From: Paenibacillus solanacearum
GTDB taxonomy: Bacteria; Bacillota; Bacilli; Paenibacillales; NBRC-103111
Length of the DNA: 32,000 nt
NCBI RefSeq assembly: GCF_910593845.1
Contig: NZ_CAJVAS010000011.1
Location: 43,247 to 75,246, forward strand
Reading direction: 5' to 3'
Made by a program: the position numbers and the translations under genes
Notes under the pieces: generated by a model
Told to the model about the DNA's origin: nothing
The model's database searches: none
Seen by the model: the letters and a program-made list of their open reading frames with translations, nothing else
Shown here: positions 1 to 9,224 of the stretch, in pieces
Numbering within the stretch: position 1 is the stretch's first letter
How the letters are laid out: every line of letters starts with the position of its first letter

Positions 1-1
1 G

Positions 2-451
2 TCGACGCCGGTCATCACTAGGCCCGGGACGAATCCTTCGAATCCGCAGACCAAGCCGGGAACGCCGAATCCCGGAACCGTTCGGCCTGGAGACAAACAG
101 GACGATCGTAAGGAGCAGGATAAGAAGAAAGAAGAAGACCGGAAACGGGAAGAAGCTCAAAAAAATGAAGAACAGCGCCGGAAGGATGAAGCCGCCCGGC
201 GCTTAGAGGAGCAAAAAAAGAAAGCGGAAGAGCAGAAGCGGGAGCAGGAGAAGAAAGAACAGGAAAAGAGAGAGCAAGCGAAGAAGGAACAGGAGAAAAA
301 AGAGCAAGACAAGCGCGAGCAGGACAAAAAAAATCAGGATAAGCGGGATCAGGATAAAAAAGATCAAGATAAAAATAACGATCGCAAATCCGACGATTCC
401 AAAAAGAACGACGGGAATGACAACGACAAGTGGAGAAGCGGCGGACGGTGA
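2..451 (+). CDS. 3' end of a CDS truncated by the window edge, with a K/E/Q/D-rich low-complexity C-terminal tail (...EQEKKEQEKREQAKKEQEKKEQDKREQDKKNQDKRDQDKKDQDKNND...KWRSGGR*)
   Basis: Frame 2 is open from nt 2 to the TGA at 449-451. It has no in-frame start codon, so it is absent from the ORF track. A strong hairpin terminator follows it. The 203..466 minus ORF (L/F-rich) is simply its complement. Confidence 0.6.
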   Translation, partial: STPVITRPGTNPSNPQTKPGTPNPGTVRPGDKQDDRKEQDKKKEEDRKREEAQKNEEQRRKDEAARRLEEQKKKAEEQKREQEKKEQEKREQAKKEQEKKEQDKREQDKKNQDKRDQDKKDQDKNNDRKSDDSKKNDGNDNDKWRSGGR

Positions 452-490
452 ATTAGCGCCGTCCAAGCGATATTTGTTGTCACCCGTCGG

Positions 491-535
491 AGCGCAGACA
501 GCCGTTAACCGATCGGCGGTCTGCGCTATTTGTTT
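491..535 (+). terminator. Rho-independent terminator
   Basis: AGCGCAGACAGCCG (491-504) pairs with CGGCGGTCTGCGCT (514-527) with one internal mismatch and a 9-nt loop. ATTTGTTTG follows the stem. Confidence 0.65.
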
Positions 536-661
536 GCGCCGCGTCTCTGATTATATCGGGGCATGTCTGTTTTTTTGCAGACGTTTGCACTATAATGATC
601 ACATACTTACCGTTCATTGATTTAAACCGAATTACGCATGGGAAAAGGGAGATGGAGCTAC

Positions 662-1684
662 GTGCGATACACGATGTTTGGCCAGACGGGCAGCCGGGTT
701 TCTTCGCTTGGCTTTGGCGCGATGAACTTGCCGGGCGTACCTTTCGAACAGGCGAAGGCGGCGCTGAACTATGCGCTGGATGAAGGCATCAACTATATCG
801 ATACGGCCGCAGGATACCGGAACAGCGAGGAGATTATCGGGGACAGCATCTCGCACCGCCGTTCCGAATATTTTCTCGCCACCAAGACGAACAAGCGCGA
901 CTACAAGTCGGCGATGGAAGAGATGGAGCGCAGTTTGACTCGCATGAAGACGGATGTGATCGACCTGCTCCAGGTTCATTATGTCAACACCGTTCAGGAG
1001 TTTAAAGCGGCAATGGAAGAAGACGGCGCCTATCAGGCGGCGCTGGAGATGAAGCGCAAAGGGCATGTCCGGTTTATCGGCATTACCGGCCACCGTCCGG
1101 AGCTGCTCGCCAAGTGGATCAGCAAAGGACAGTTCGACCAGGTGCTCTTCCACCTCAACCTGGCGCAGCCGTTCGCGCTGCAGGAGCTGATTCCCGAAGC
1201 GACGCGCCAGAACATGGGCAAGACGGCAATGAAGCCGCTCTCGGGGGGCTTTATTCAGCCGGTTTCCAAGGCGATCCGCTACCCGTACAGCCAGGATGTG
1301 CACACGATCATCTCGGGGATGGTCAGCATCGATGAGGTGAAGGAAAATATCGCGGCGATGCGTGAAGAAGTGGGCGACGAGGAACGGCATGAGCTGGAGC
1401 AGCTGGCGCTGGAGCTTGGAAGCCATAACTGCCGGCGCTGTAACTATTGCTCCTGTCCGATCGGGGTTACCATCCCGGATATTATGATCTCGAGCCAAGT
1501 TCGCCAGACGTTCGGCCTGCTGCCGAAGGGGGACGGATTTTATGAGCGGCAGAAGGATAAAATTTTGTCCTGTGCCGACTACGAGCCCTGTAGGGAGAAG
1601 CCGCTGTGCGAGGAGAAATGCCCATACCATTTGCCGATGCAGCAGGTGGTACAGCAAGCGGCCGGATATTTTAACGCCGGGTAG
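662..1684 (+). CDS. Aldo/keto reductase family oxidoreductase with a Cys-rich (4Fe-4S-type) C-terminal extension
   Basis: The N-terminus (M)RYTMFGQTGSRVSSLGFGAM and INYIDTAAGY are typical AKR openings. C-terminal motifs CRRCNYCSCP and CEEKCPYHLP are present. The SD AAAGGGAGA (643-652) lies 9 nt upstream of GTG 662. The track start ATG 638 has no SD, so the start is 662 or 638. Confidence 0.9.
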   Translation: MRYTMFGQTGSRVSSLGFGAMNLPGVPFEQAKAALNYALDEGINYIDTAAGYRNSEEIIGDSISHRRSEYFLATKTNKRDYKSAMEEMERSLTRMKTDVIDLLQVHYVNTVQEFKAAMEEDGAYQAALEMKRKGHVRFIGITGHRPELLAKWISKGQFDQVLFHLNLAQPFALQELIPEATRQNMGKTAMKPLSGGFIQPVSKAIRYPYSQDVHTIISGMVSIDEVKENIAAMREEVGDEERHELEQLALELGSHNCRRCNYCSCPIGVTIPDIMISSQVRQTFGLLPKGDGFYERQKDKILSCADYEPCREKPLCEEKCPYHLPMQQVVQQAAGYFNAG

Positions 1685-1701
1685 GTCGCTGCCCGGACAT
1701 C

Positions 1702-1755
1702 AAAAAAGTGGATTTTCCGGAAGCTTGCTAACGGAAAATCCACTTTATGTTTTAT
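1702..1755. terminator. Bidirectional Rho-independent terminator between convergent genes
   Basis: A perfect 12-bp stem GTGGATTTTCCG (1708-1719) / CGGAAAATCCAC (1732-1743) is flanked by an A6 run upstream and TTTATGTTTTATT downstream. Confidence 0.85.
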
Positions 1756-1765
1756 TGGCGCAGCG

Positions 1766-2341
1766 CTAGGCCTGCATGGTCGTGTTGCCGCCGGCAACGG
1801 AGGAGGCTTCTGCATTCGGAGCGGTGCCCATCAGCTGCATACCGACATTCTCCAGATCGTTCACCCGGATAACGAGCCGGGTTACTTCCTCGGTGGTCAC
1901 CGACAAATTCCGGGTCCGCTCGGCGAGCTGCGGCAGGTCGATGCCGACCCAGCCCCGCTTGCGCGGATGCACGCACAGATCGAAAGGCAGTACTCCGAGC
2001 GACACGGCGTCGTTGTCGGTCGCGGCGTCGGTCTGATCCGATCCGGCGACGGATTCGAGCCGGAAATACAGTTTGTTTCGCTTCCACTGCACATAGCCGG
2101 GAGCGAACGTAATGGCGACTGCCGCTTCGTCCCCTTCGCCATGCTTGGTAAATCGGGCTTGCTTCTTCTTACTGGAATGAATGTATTGATTTTGAATATC
2201 CGGCAGCAGCAGCACAATTACGATCGGCAGGCCGCTGGCCGCGTACAAATACTGAGTCGATTCGAATACAATCGCAAGCGCTACCAAGGCTAGGAACAGC
2301 ACGATAGACACGCTCAGCCATAGTCCCTTCGGTTTGGACAT
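1766..2341 (-). CDS. Hypothetical membrane protein with two N-terminal TM helices and a soluble C-terminal domain
   Basis: The ORF track lists 1766..2377. I prefer the start at MSKPKGLWLSVS (ATG 2341) because GGGGGA lies 8 nt upstream. Hydrophobic segments are LWLSVSIVLFLALVALAIVF and GLPIVIVLLL. I recognised no family with confidence. Confidence 0.7.
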   Translation of the reverse strand: MSKPKGLWLSVSIVLFLALVALAIVFESTQYLYAASGLPIVIVLLLPDIQNQYIHSSKKKQARFTKHGEGDEAAVAITFAPGYVQWKRNKLYFRLESVAGSDQTDAATDNDAVSLGVLPFDLCVHPRKRGWVGIDLPQLAERTRNLSVTTEEVTRLVIRVNDLENVGMQLMGTAPNAEASSVAGGNTTMQA

Positions 2342-2580
2342 GAATGAAATCCCCCAGATGATCATAAAATCAGTCAATATTCTTATTCTATCATAAGATG
2401 CAAAGCCTTTGAAGATGTTTGCTTTGGTCGGCTTACCAATAATTATTGTAAATAATGCCTGTCCGTCTGTCTTCTGCGGCGGGAGGAAGTAATAGGCGAG
2501 CTTAGGCGAACTGGAACAATGGCGCCGGTTGCGGTTATACTAGAGAGTAAGCATAACAAACCGTAAGGGAGAACAGAAGG

Positions 2581-3174
2581 ATGCCAGCAGATCCTAAAGA
2601 TACAGGAATCAATCATCGCATTCCGCCGGGCCAGACGCTGACGGAAGGCTTTCCGGTGCTGCATTATGGAAGCGTGCCGTATTACAACGATATGGGCAAA
2701 TGGGACTTGCGCCTATTCGGATGGATTGAAGAAGAAGTCACGTTCAGCTACAAGGATTTCCTGGCGCTGCCGCGGAGAGAGTTCAAGAATGACATTCACT
2801 GCGTCACCACCTGGTCCAAGCTGGACAATGTGTGGGAAGGCGTCGCGGTCTCGACGCTGATGGAGCATGTGAAGCTGAAGCCGGAGGCGAAGTTCGTCAT
2901 GCTCCACGGCGAGCACGGCTGGAGCACGAACTTGCCGCTGGACGATTTTTTGCGGGACACGACGTTCCTCGGCATCAGGCATAACGGGCAGCTCTTAACC
3001 CCCGAGCACGGCTATCCGGTACGGGCGGTCGTCCCGCATCTGTATTTCTGGAAGAGCGCCAAGTGGCTGCGCGGCATCGAGTTCATGGAGAAGGATAAGC
3101 CGGGTTTTTGGGAGCGGAATGGATATCACATGTATGGAAATCCCTTTAAAGAGCAAAGGTACGATTTTGATTAG
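2581..3174 (+). CDS. yuiH: Sulfite oxidase-like molybdopterin-dependent oxidoreductase (YuiH-like, about 197 aa)
   Basis: HCVTTWSK, HGYPVRAVVPHLYFWKSAKWL and GFWERNGYH are characteristic of the small bacterial sulfite-oxidase-family proteins. The SD AAGGGAGA lies upstream of the ATG. Confidence 0.85.
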   Translation: MPADPKDTGINHRIPPGQTLTEGFPVLHYGSVPYYNDMGKWDLRLFGWIEEEVTFSYKDFLALPRREFKNDIHCVTTWSKLDNVWEGVAVSTLMEHVKLKPEAKFVMLHGEHGWSTNLPLDDFLRDTTFLGIRHNGQLLTPEHGYPVRAVVPHLYFWKSAKWLRGIEFMEKDKPGFWERNGYHMYGNPFKEQRYDFD

Positions 3175-3472
3175 TTATTAGAGTGTTAGAGCGATAATGG
3201 CGTTTCATTAAAATAGAGCGACCTCCTGATAACCTCCTGATGGGCATTTTGAGGCTAGGACCTCGTGTACAACCCCCATCGTGCGAGGCGCTCATTTTTT
3301 GTTTACGCTTTGAATTTTTTCTGCGATCTGTCCGTTGAGTGCTGCGATCTTCCCCCGCTACCTTTCATAATTCTTTCATTCCGCTCTGTTAAACTGTTTA
3401 CGGGTCATACTTATTGGCCGTTGGCGAGGCGGCTCGCCGAGGTAAGCGAACAGGAGCAGAAACGGAGATGAA

Positions 3473-6400
3473 ATGTTGAAAAAGCAGCTAGTCATAGGGT
3501 TGATCGTGTTACTTGTCGGAATGCCTTTATGGGTCGCCGAGCCCTTGCGGGTCGAAGCCGCCTATACGTTTAGCGGGGGGAATGGCAGTCTGGGGAATCC
3601 CTACGTCATTATGACGGCGGACGATCTGAATCACGTCCGGGATAGCCTGAACTCGCACTATAAGCTTGGTGCGGACATCGATCTGTCTTCGATAGCCAAC
3701 TGGGTGCCGATCAGCCCTTTTGGCGGGAATTTTGATGGCGGTCATTATACGATCAGCAACCTGACCATCGATTCTTCTTTGCCCGAAGTAGGTTTGTTCG
3801 GGTTTGTTAATTCCGCTATTGCAGGTCCGACTCTAACCGTGATCAAAAATGTGCAGTTGGAGAATGTGCAGATTACGAGCAGATCTTTAATTGCTAAGGT
3901 TGGAGGATTGGTAGGGGCAGCCGATGCCTGGACCGCGCTGGATCGTATTTCTGTGAGCGGTGAAATAACCGGAGTAGGTTCTTGGGCAGGGGGCATATCA
4001 GGGCAATCGTTCAATATTGTGTCCAACAGCGAAGCGCATGTTCATTTAAATGGCAGTTTCAACTATGCAGGGGGATTAACCGGGTATAATGTATACGGCA
4101 TTTCAACAAGCTATGCAACCGGCGATGTGACAGTGACCGGCAACGGTAATATGGCCGGGGGGCTGCTCGGACATGGGACAGGGGAAATATCCAACAGCTA
4201 TGCAACGGGCCGCATTGAAGCTAGTAACCCTAGTAGTTTTGTAGGTGGGCTAATAGGGTATCCTGGGAAAGCCATTACGAACAGCTATGCGTCGGGGGGG
4301 CTCGTTAAAGCTGCAGGAAGCGGAAAAATCGGGGGCTTGATTGGTAATAGCAACAATCCGCCCTATACCATTACTAAATCTTACTGGAATATAACCGATA
4401 ATCCGGGTATAACCACCTTGGGGACGATGCCAGGAACGGACGGGGCTGTACAGAAGTCCAATATGAAGGAATTGATTACTACAGGGGGATGGGACCCGGC
4501 GATTTGGGGCATGCAGGAAGGGATCAGCGCTCCTTACTTGAAGACATTTTCGCCGGTGTTAAGGGTCGCGCCTATTTCAACTACATACTACACAGAGCCG
4601 GCCGGCAATGTGCTTCAGGTTTCGGGTCATATCCGGGATGGAAGCATCGGCGAGCCCTTGACGATCCGCATAGCGATACAAGATCATATGGATGCAACCG
4701 TGACCGATTATGTATATGAAATGCCGGCTACAGGCGACAAGCAGACTTTTAGCTGGTCAACGCGAATCGATGATCAACGCTACCCGGAAGGAACGTATAC
4801 GCTGAATATAACGGTGGAAGATACGGTTGCGGGACATGAACAACAGCAGTCCTTCTCATTCGATGTGCAGGATGTAACCGCTCCGCCTGTGCCGATCGTG
4901 ACGAACCTAATGCCTGAACAGGTGCTGGGACAGTCCACACCCGCGGTCAGCGGCACGGCGGAGGCTGGAAGCACGGTGACCGTTGTAATGGACGGGACTG
5001 ACGCAGGAACGGCAACCACAGATGCAAGCGGGAACTGGACGTGGACGCCGCCATCGGCTCTGAGCGAAGGAGCGCACACGGTGCAGGCGCGAGCGTCAGA
5101 CACAGCGGGGAATGCGAGTGCGCCTTCGGCAGCACGTACGTTTACGGTGGACACCATCGCGCCGACGGCAGCTGTTTCCAGTGCGGGAAGCGGCACGGTC
5201 AACGGATCCTTTCCCGTAACCATCACTTTTAGCGAAGCGATTCAGGGCTTTACGGAGCATGATTTGGAGATCGAGAATGGATCCGTATCGAATTTGGTTA
5301 TCGTGACTTCGACGAAATATTCCGCCACGGTTAGCCCGACGACTAGCGGGCGAGCTGTGAAAGTAACCGTAGCTCCAGGGACCGTAACCGATGCCGCAGG
5401 CAACGTTAATCCTCAGTCGAATACGCTGCTTGTCCAGTATGATACGACCAAGCCGGTCGCCGTCTTCGGTAATTTTACGCCTGGCGAGCTGTTTCAAGTA
5501 CCGCCAGCAGCGGTTACCGTTTCTGTCTACGAAGCGGTATATTGGATTGCCGGAGGAGCCCAGTTAGATGCCGGGAATGCATTGCCGCTCATCAGCATGG
5601 ACAAGGATGGTGCAGCTTTTACGGCCTATATGGCAAGTTTTGATGCACAGTCCCATGTATTTACTATAAGTTGGAATGGTCCCGTGCAGGATGGGGAGTA
5701 TGGGGTGCTGGTGGCCGGGAATGTGGTGAGAAATGTATATCACAATATTCTCGATGCAGCGCGTGCGAGCTTTATAGTTGACCAGACTCCGCCTGCGGCG
5801 CCAGTGCTCGTAACGCGAACGAATGGGGAGTGGACGAATGATGCTGCACCGGTGATCGGCGGAACGGCGGAGCCAGGATCAGCGGTGACCATCCGGCTGG
5901 ATGGAACGGCAGCAGCGACGGTAACGGCAGCAGGTGATGGGAGCTGGAGCTGGACGCCAAGCTCACCACTGTCCGAAGGTGCGCATACGGTGAGTGCAAA
6001 CGCAGCGGATGCGGCAGGGAATACGGGCAGCTTCTCGACCGAGTATACGTTCATGGTGGATACGCAGCCTCCGGTTATAACACTTGTAGGTGATGCTTGG
6101 ATTGTTCTTACGGCGGGTGACCCATTTATTGATCCCGGCGTGACTGTGACGGACATGGAAGAAAGCATTCCGGTTATGATTACAGGCAGCGTAGATGATC
6201 AGGTTACAGGCACTTATATCCTGCAATATGATGCGCAGGATCGAGCGGGGAATGCTGCAGTACCAGTGATGCGTACTGTACAAGTGAATGTGAGGAGTAC
6301 AGATCGTACGGATAGTACGGATAGTACGGATAGTACGGATAGTACGGATAGTACGGATAGTGGTGGCGTCCAGCTACCTGGCAATGCGAACCTTGATCAG

Positions 6401-7288
6401 CTTAACGTGAAAGCCGGCGGAGATGAACTGGCGTTAACGCCGGTATTTGCAGCAGAACAGGCAAGCTACCGAGTTGAAACATCAGCAGATGAGGTATGGA
6501 TCGAGGCAGTCGCTTCAGATGCGAATGCCATTGTAAGGCTAGGGGAAGCAGCGCTTACCCAGGGGACAACAGTCTCCCTTACAAGGGGTGACAATGTGTT
6601 CGAGCTTATCGTCGAAGCGGAGAATGGCGCGGTCAAATCGTACAGCTTGACCATTCAACGTCAGACAGGGACAGCACCATCACCATCACCATCGCCAGTG
6701 CCCGTACCAGCGGAGAAGCCGGCTTGTACGTTCCTTGATATCAAGGGGCATTGGGCTGAGAAGAACATTTGTGAAGCTGCAAGGGAAGGGATTGTGAACG
6801 GGAAATCGGATACTGAATTTCACCCCGAAGGGCTCGTTACACGCGTAGAGTTTGCGGCCATGCTGCTTCGCACATTTGGAGCTGTTTCTGGACCTGCTGC
6901 GGATAAGGTATTTACCGATCAAGGCCATATCCCCGCTTGGGCAGCAAATACGGTAAGCAGGGCAGTGGAAATCGGCATCTTGCAGGGATATCCAGACGGT
7001 TCGCTTCAACCTATGCAGACCGTGAGCCGATCAGAAATGGCTGTCATGATGGTAAGGGCCGCGAAGTGGGATGTCGAGCAAGGGCAAATGACTTCCTTTG
7101 CCGATGAAGCCGATATTCCGGCTTGGGCCAAAGGATTCGTCTATACCGCTGCAAAGCGGGGGTTGTTGAATGGACGTGACGGCAATCGATTTAGCCCATC
7201 CGAGCCGGCGACCCGGGCGGAAGCGGCCACAATCCTGCTGCAGTTGCAGCGTGTTCTTGACGATATGTCCGGTGAATTGACAGATTAG
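3473..7288 (+). CDS. Large secreted cell-surface protein: signal peptide, GLUG-motif repeats, Ig-like domains, cadherin-like beta-sandwich and three C-terminal SLH domains
   Basis: The N-terminal signal is MLKKQLVIGLIVLLVGMPLWVA. GGLVG/GGISG/GGLTG/GGLLG/GGLIG repeats (GLUG motif) follow. Two paralogous Ig-like modules each carry ...SGTAEAGSTVTV...SEGAHTV...DTAGN... A DUF5011-like Ig module (VITLVGD...GTYILQYDAQDRAGN) and an (STD)n linker come next. A cadherin-like module (LDQLNVKAGG...YSLTIQR) and a PSPSPSPVPVP linker precede three SLH repeats (FLDIKGHWAE..., FTDQGHIPAWA..., FADEADIPAWA...). Confidence 0.95.
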   Translation: MLKKQLVIGLIVLLVGMPLWVAEPLRVEAAYTFSGGNGSLGNPYVIMTADDLNHVRDSLNSHYKLGADIDLSSIANWVPISPFGGNFDGGHYTISNLTIDSSLPEVGLFGFVNSAIAGPTLTVIKNVQLENVQITSRSLIAKVGGLVGAADAWTALDRISVSGEITGVGSWAGGISGQSFNIVSNSEAHVHLNGSFNYAGGLTGYNVYGISTSYATGDVTVTGNGNMAGGLLGHGTGEISNSYATGRIEASNPSSFVGGLIGYPGKAITNSYASGGLVKAAGSGKIGGLIGNSNNPPYTITKSYWNITDNPGITTLGTMPGTDGAVQKSNMKELITTGGWDPAIWGMQEGISAPYLKTFSPVLRVAPISTTYYTEPAGNVLQVSGHIRDGSIGEPLTIRIAIQDHMDATVTDYVYEMPATGDKQTFSWSTRIDDQRYPEGTYTLNITVEDTVAGHEQQQSFSFDVQDVTAPPVPIVTNLMPEQVLGQSTPAVSGTAEAGSTVTVVMDGTDAGTATTDASGNWTWTPPSALSEGAHTVQARASDTAGNASAPSAARTFTVDTIAPTAAVSSAGSGTVNGSFPVTITFSEAIQGFTEHDLEIENGSVSNLVIVTSTKYSATVSPTTSGRAVKVTVAPGTVTDAAGNVNPQSNTLLVQYDTTKPVAVFGNFTPGELFQVPPAAVTVSVYEAVYWIAGGAQLDAGNALPLISMDKDGAAFTAYMASFDAQSHVFTISWNGPVQDGEYGVLVAGNVVRNVYHNILDAARASFIVDQTPPAAPVLVTRTNGEWTNDAAPVIGGTAEPGSAVTIRLDGTAAATVTAAGDGSWSWTPSSPLSEGAHTVSANAADAAGNTGSFSTEYTFMVDTQPPVITLVGDAWIVLTAGDPFIDPGVTVTDMEESIPVMITGSVDDQVTGTYILQYDAQDRAGNAAVPVMRTVQVNVRSTDRTDSTDSTDSTDSTDSTDSGGVQLPGNANLDQLNVKAGGDELALTPVFAAEQASYRVETSADEVWIEAVASDANAIVRLGEAALTQGTTVSLTRGDNVFELIVEAENGAVKSYSLTIQRQTGTAPSPSPSPVPVPAEKPACTFLDIKGHWAEKNICEAAREGIVNGKSDTEFHPEGLVTRVEFAAMLLRTFGAVSGPAADKVFTDQGHIPAWAANTVSRAVEIGILQGYPDGSLQPMQTVSRSEMAVMMVRAAKWDVEQGQMTSFADEADIPAWAKGFVYTAAKRGLLNGRDGNRFSPSEPATRAEAATILLQLQRVLDDMSGELTD
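6297..6359 (+). repeat. 9-bp in-frame tandem repeat (AGTACGGAT)n, 7 units of which 5 are perfect, encoding (S/R)TD repeats
   Basis: Read directly: agtacagat cgtacggat agtacggat x5, translating to STDRTDSTDSTDSTDSTDSTD inside the surface protein. Confidence 0.95.
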
Positions 7289-7322
7289 AAATCGCCAATG
7301 ATTTGACAAGGCAATAGATTCA

Positions 7323-7373
7323 GGCCGGTCCGGTACGTCATTGTTAATGACCTATCGGTTCGGCCATTTTTTG
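7323..7373 (+). terminator. Probable Rho-independent terminator of the surface-protein gene
   Basis: GGCCG (7323-7327) pairs with CGGCC (7361-7365), with an inner GTCATT/AATGAC pairing. ATTTTTTGT follows. Confidence 0.55.
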
Positions 7374-7475
7374 TCCTTGCACAAACCTGGGTAAACCTTA
7401 CAAAAGCTGACTCCATGGTCGATATATAATAGAAAGAGTCTTAGCGCTTTAAGTCAAACATAAGGGACCTATTTT

Positions 7476-9224
7476 ATGACTACAACAACGCAGCTTATCT
7501 TTATGATTGCATCCGTGACTATGACATGCATCATCTTTATTTTTGTATACGGGTTTAGAAAAGAACGCGGTATACATTATTTGCTCGGTGTGATCGTTTG
7601 CCGCATTATTTATGTAAGTGGCGTTATTATGGAGAGAAGCAGCGATACCTTACAGGAGAAGCTTTTTTTTCGTAATATCCATCAAACCGCTTTAGACCTA
7701 ATGGTCCCGTTCTTTGTCTTGTTCGTACTTGAACTGGTCGCCTACGATAAGCTATTAAGGATACGTGGGAAAATGATGCTGATCGTAGCATTCGCGCTCT
7801 GGTCGATGCTGATGTGGTTCGATTCAGATCTTCATGTGATCTATCGTAAGATTGAGCTCCATGACGGTCATCTGGTAGTGGCCAAAACGATCTATTCGAT
7901 CACATTCTCTATGATTTGCTACAGTATGTTGGCTGTATGTTTTTATTTTTTATTTCAGTATGTACGGAATATCCGTAAAGATATGCGCAGCCCGGGGATG
8001 TGGGTTCTATGTCTGATCTCGATTTCGGGTATCATAGAGATTGTCAAATTAATCAACCCCGGGTGGTCATCATGGCTGCTTCCCATGTCGGTTTACTGTA
8101 GTTTCTTAGGGATGTTGGTGCTAATCATCTTATTGCGATATAAATTTTTCTCGCTCGTTCCTTTTGCCAGAAACATTGTGCTGGATACGCTTCAGGAAAG
8201 TATTCTGATTGCGAATGCCTCAGGCAAAGTGATCGATAGCAATAAGCAGGCTTCCCAGTGGTTTTCAAAGATGGGCTATGCGAGCCTTTCCGGCCGGAAT
8301 ATCTCGGAACTATTGGAGCGTTGGCCCCATTGGAATACGTTGTGCCAGTCTATGCAGCAAGGCAATGTAGAGATTGACGCTTGGCTGGATGGTGGAAGAA
8401 ACGTTTACAGCGTGAACGTATATCCGCTGCAAACGCTGCGCAGGAAGGAACAGGGAAGTATTTCGCTTATCTTTGATATTACGGAGAAGCAGCGCCATCT
8501 GGATCAAATTGCTCAGCTTAACCAGTTGAAGGACCAGTTGTTCACGATCGTATCGCATGATATTCGTAGTCCGTTGGCATTGCAATTTCAACTCGTTGAA
8601 TTGCTGGAGGAAGAACGAGACCGTTTCGGTACGGATCACCGGGAAATTGTTGAAATGCTGGGCGACCAGATTCGGAATACACTCGGAATGGCTACTAATT
8701 TGTTGGAATGGTTTCGCAGCCAGCGGGAAGACATGGCTCTTCGTCCACAGTTACTGGAGTTGTCTGAGGTTGTGGAGGAATGTTGTCATGTGCTTCATAT
8801 TAAAAGCGAGGCCAAGCAGATTAGGGTGCATCATCACATTGCTTCAGGCACTCGTGTGTATGCTGACCGGGAAGCGCTTGGATTAATTATTCGTAATTTG
8901 GTATCCAACGCGATTAAATTTACCGGATGGGGCGGTTCAATCCATGTACATGCTCAGTTATCGGGAGATAAGGTGATCGTTTCTGTCCGCGATAATGGAG
9001 TTGGTATGGAAGAGGATCAGGCTCGCCAGTTATTTAGCGAGAATCAGCTCCATTCATTGCCCGGCACGATGGGAGAGAAAGGCGCGGGACTTGGTCTTCT
9101 CGTTAGCCAACAGTTCGTACAACGAAGCGGCGGAAGGATATGGGTGGAAAGCAAAGCAGGCCAAGGAAGCGTATTTTACTTCACCATGAGAGGGGAACAG
9201 CGTGATGAAAGTTCTCATAGTTGA
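7476..9224 (+). CDS. Sensor histidine kinase with an N-terminal 7TM-type membrane domain, a PAS-like region, HisKA and HATPase_c
   Basis: Six to seven hydrophobic helices fill the first ~220 aa. The H-box is LFTIVSHDIRSPL, the N-box is NLVSNAIKFT and the G-boxes are DNGVGM and GAGLGL. The 3' end overlaps the downstream regulator gene. Confidence 0.9.
   Translation: MTTTTQLIFMIASVTMTCIIFIFVYGFRKERGIHYLLGVIVCRIIYVSGVIMERSSDTLQEKLFFRNIHQTALDLMVPFFVLFVLELVAYDKLLRIRGKMMLIVAFALWSMLMWFDSDLHVIYRKIELHDGHLVVAKTIYSITFSMICYSMLAVCFYFLFQYVRNIRKDMRSPGMWVLCLISISGIIEIVKLINPGWSSWLLPMSVYCSFLGMLVLIILLRYKFFSLVPFARNIVLDTLQESILIANASGKVIDSNKQASQWFSKMGYASLSGRNISELLERWPHWNTLCQSMQQGNVEIDAWLDGGRNVYSVNVYPLQTLRRKEQGSISLIFDITEKQRHLDQIAQLNQLKDQLFTIVSHDIRSPLALQFQLVELLEEERDRFGTDHREIVEMLGDQIRNTLGMATNLLEWFRSQREDMALRPQLLELSEVVEECCHVLHIKSEAKQIRVHHHIASGTRVYADREALGLIIRNLVSNAIKFTGWGGSIHVHAQLSGDKVIVSVRDNGVGMEEDQARQLFSENQLHSLPGTMGEKGAGLGLLVSQQFVQRSGGRIWVESKAGQGSVFYFTMRGEQRDESSHS

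Noticed and set aside
203-466. 87-aa L/F-rich, membrane-like minus-strand ORF
   Set aside because: It is the complement of the homopurine K/E-rich coding tract. Its hydrophobicity is an artefact of translating poly-pyrimidine sequence.
632-1657. 341-aa minus-strand ORF opposite the aldo/keto reductase. Similar cases are 14761..15723, 15000..15683, 13365..13955, 20707..21399, 21812..22414, 23467..24150, 24125..24763, 26142..26720, 29888..30610 and 30768..31667.
   Set aside because: All overlap a gene on the other strand or in another frame that has recognisable family motifs. All give Arg-rich, compositionally odd proteins.
3265-3471. 68-aa plus-strand ORF upstream of the surface-protein gene, and a 20-codon minus-strand ORF after the ATCAGGAGGT repeats (about 3160-3221)
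   Set aside because: The first has no SD and lies across the promoter region. The second overlaps the end of the yuiH-like gene and has a poor SD spacing of 12 nt. Neither has protein-like composition.
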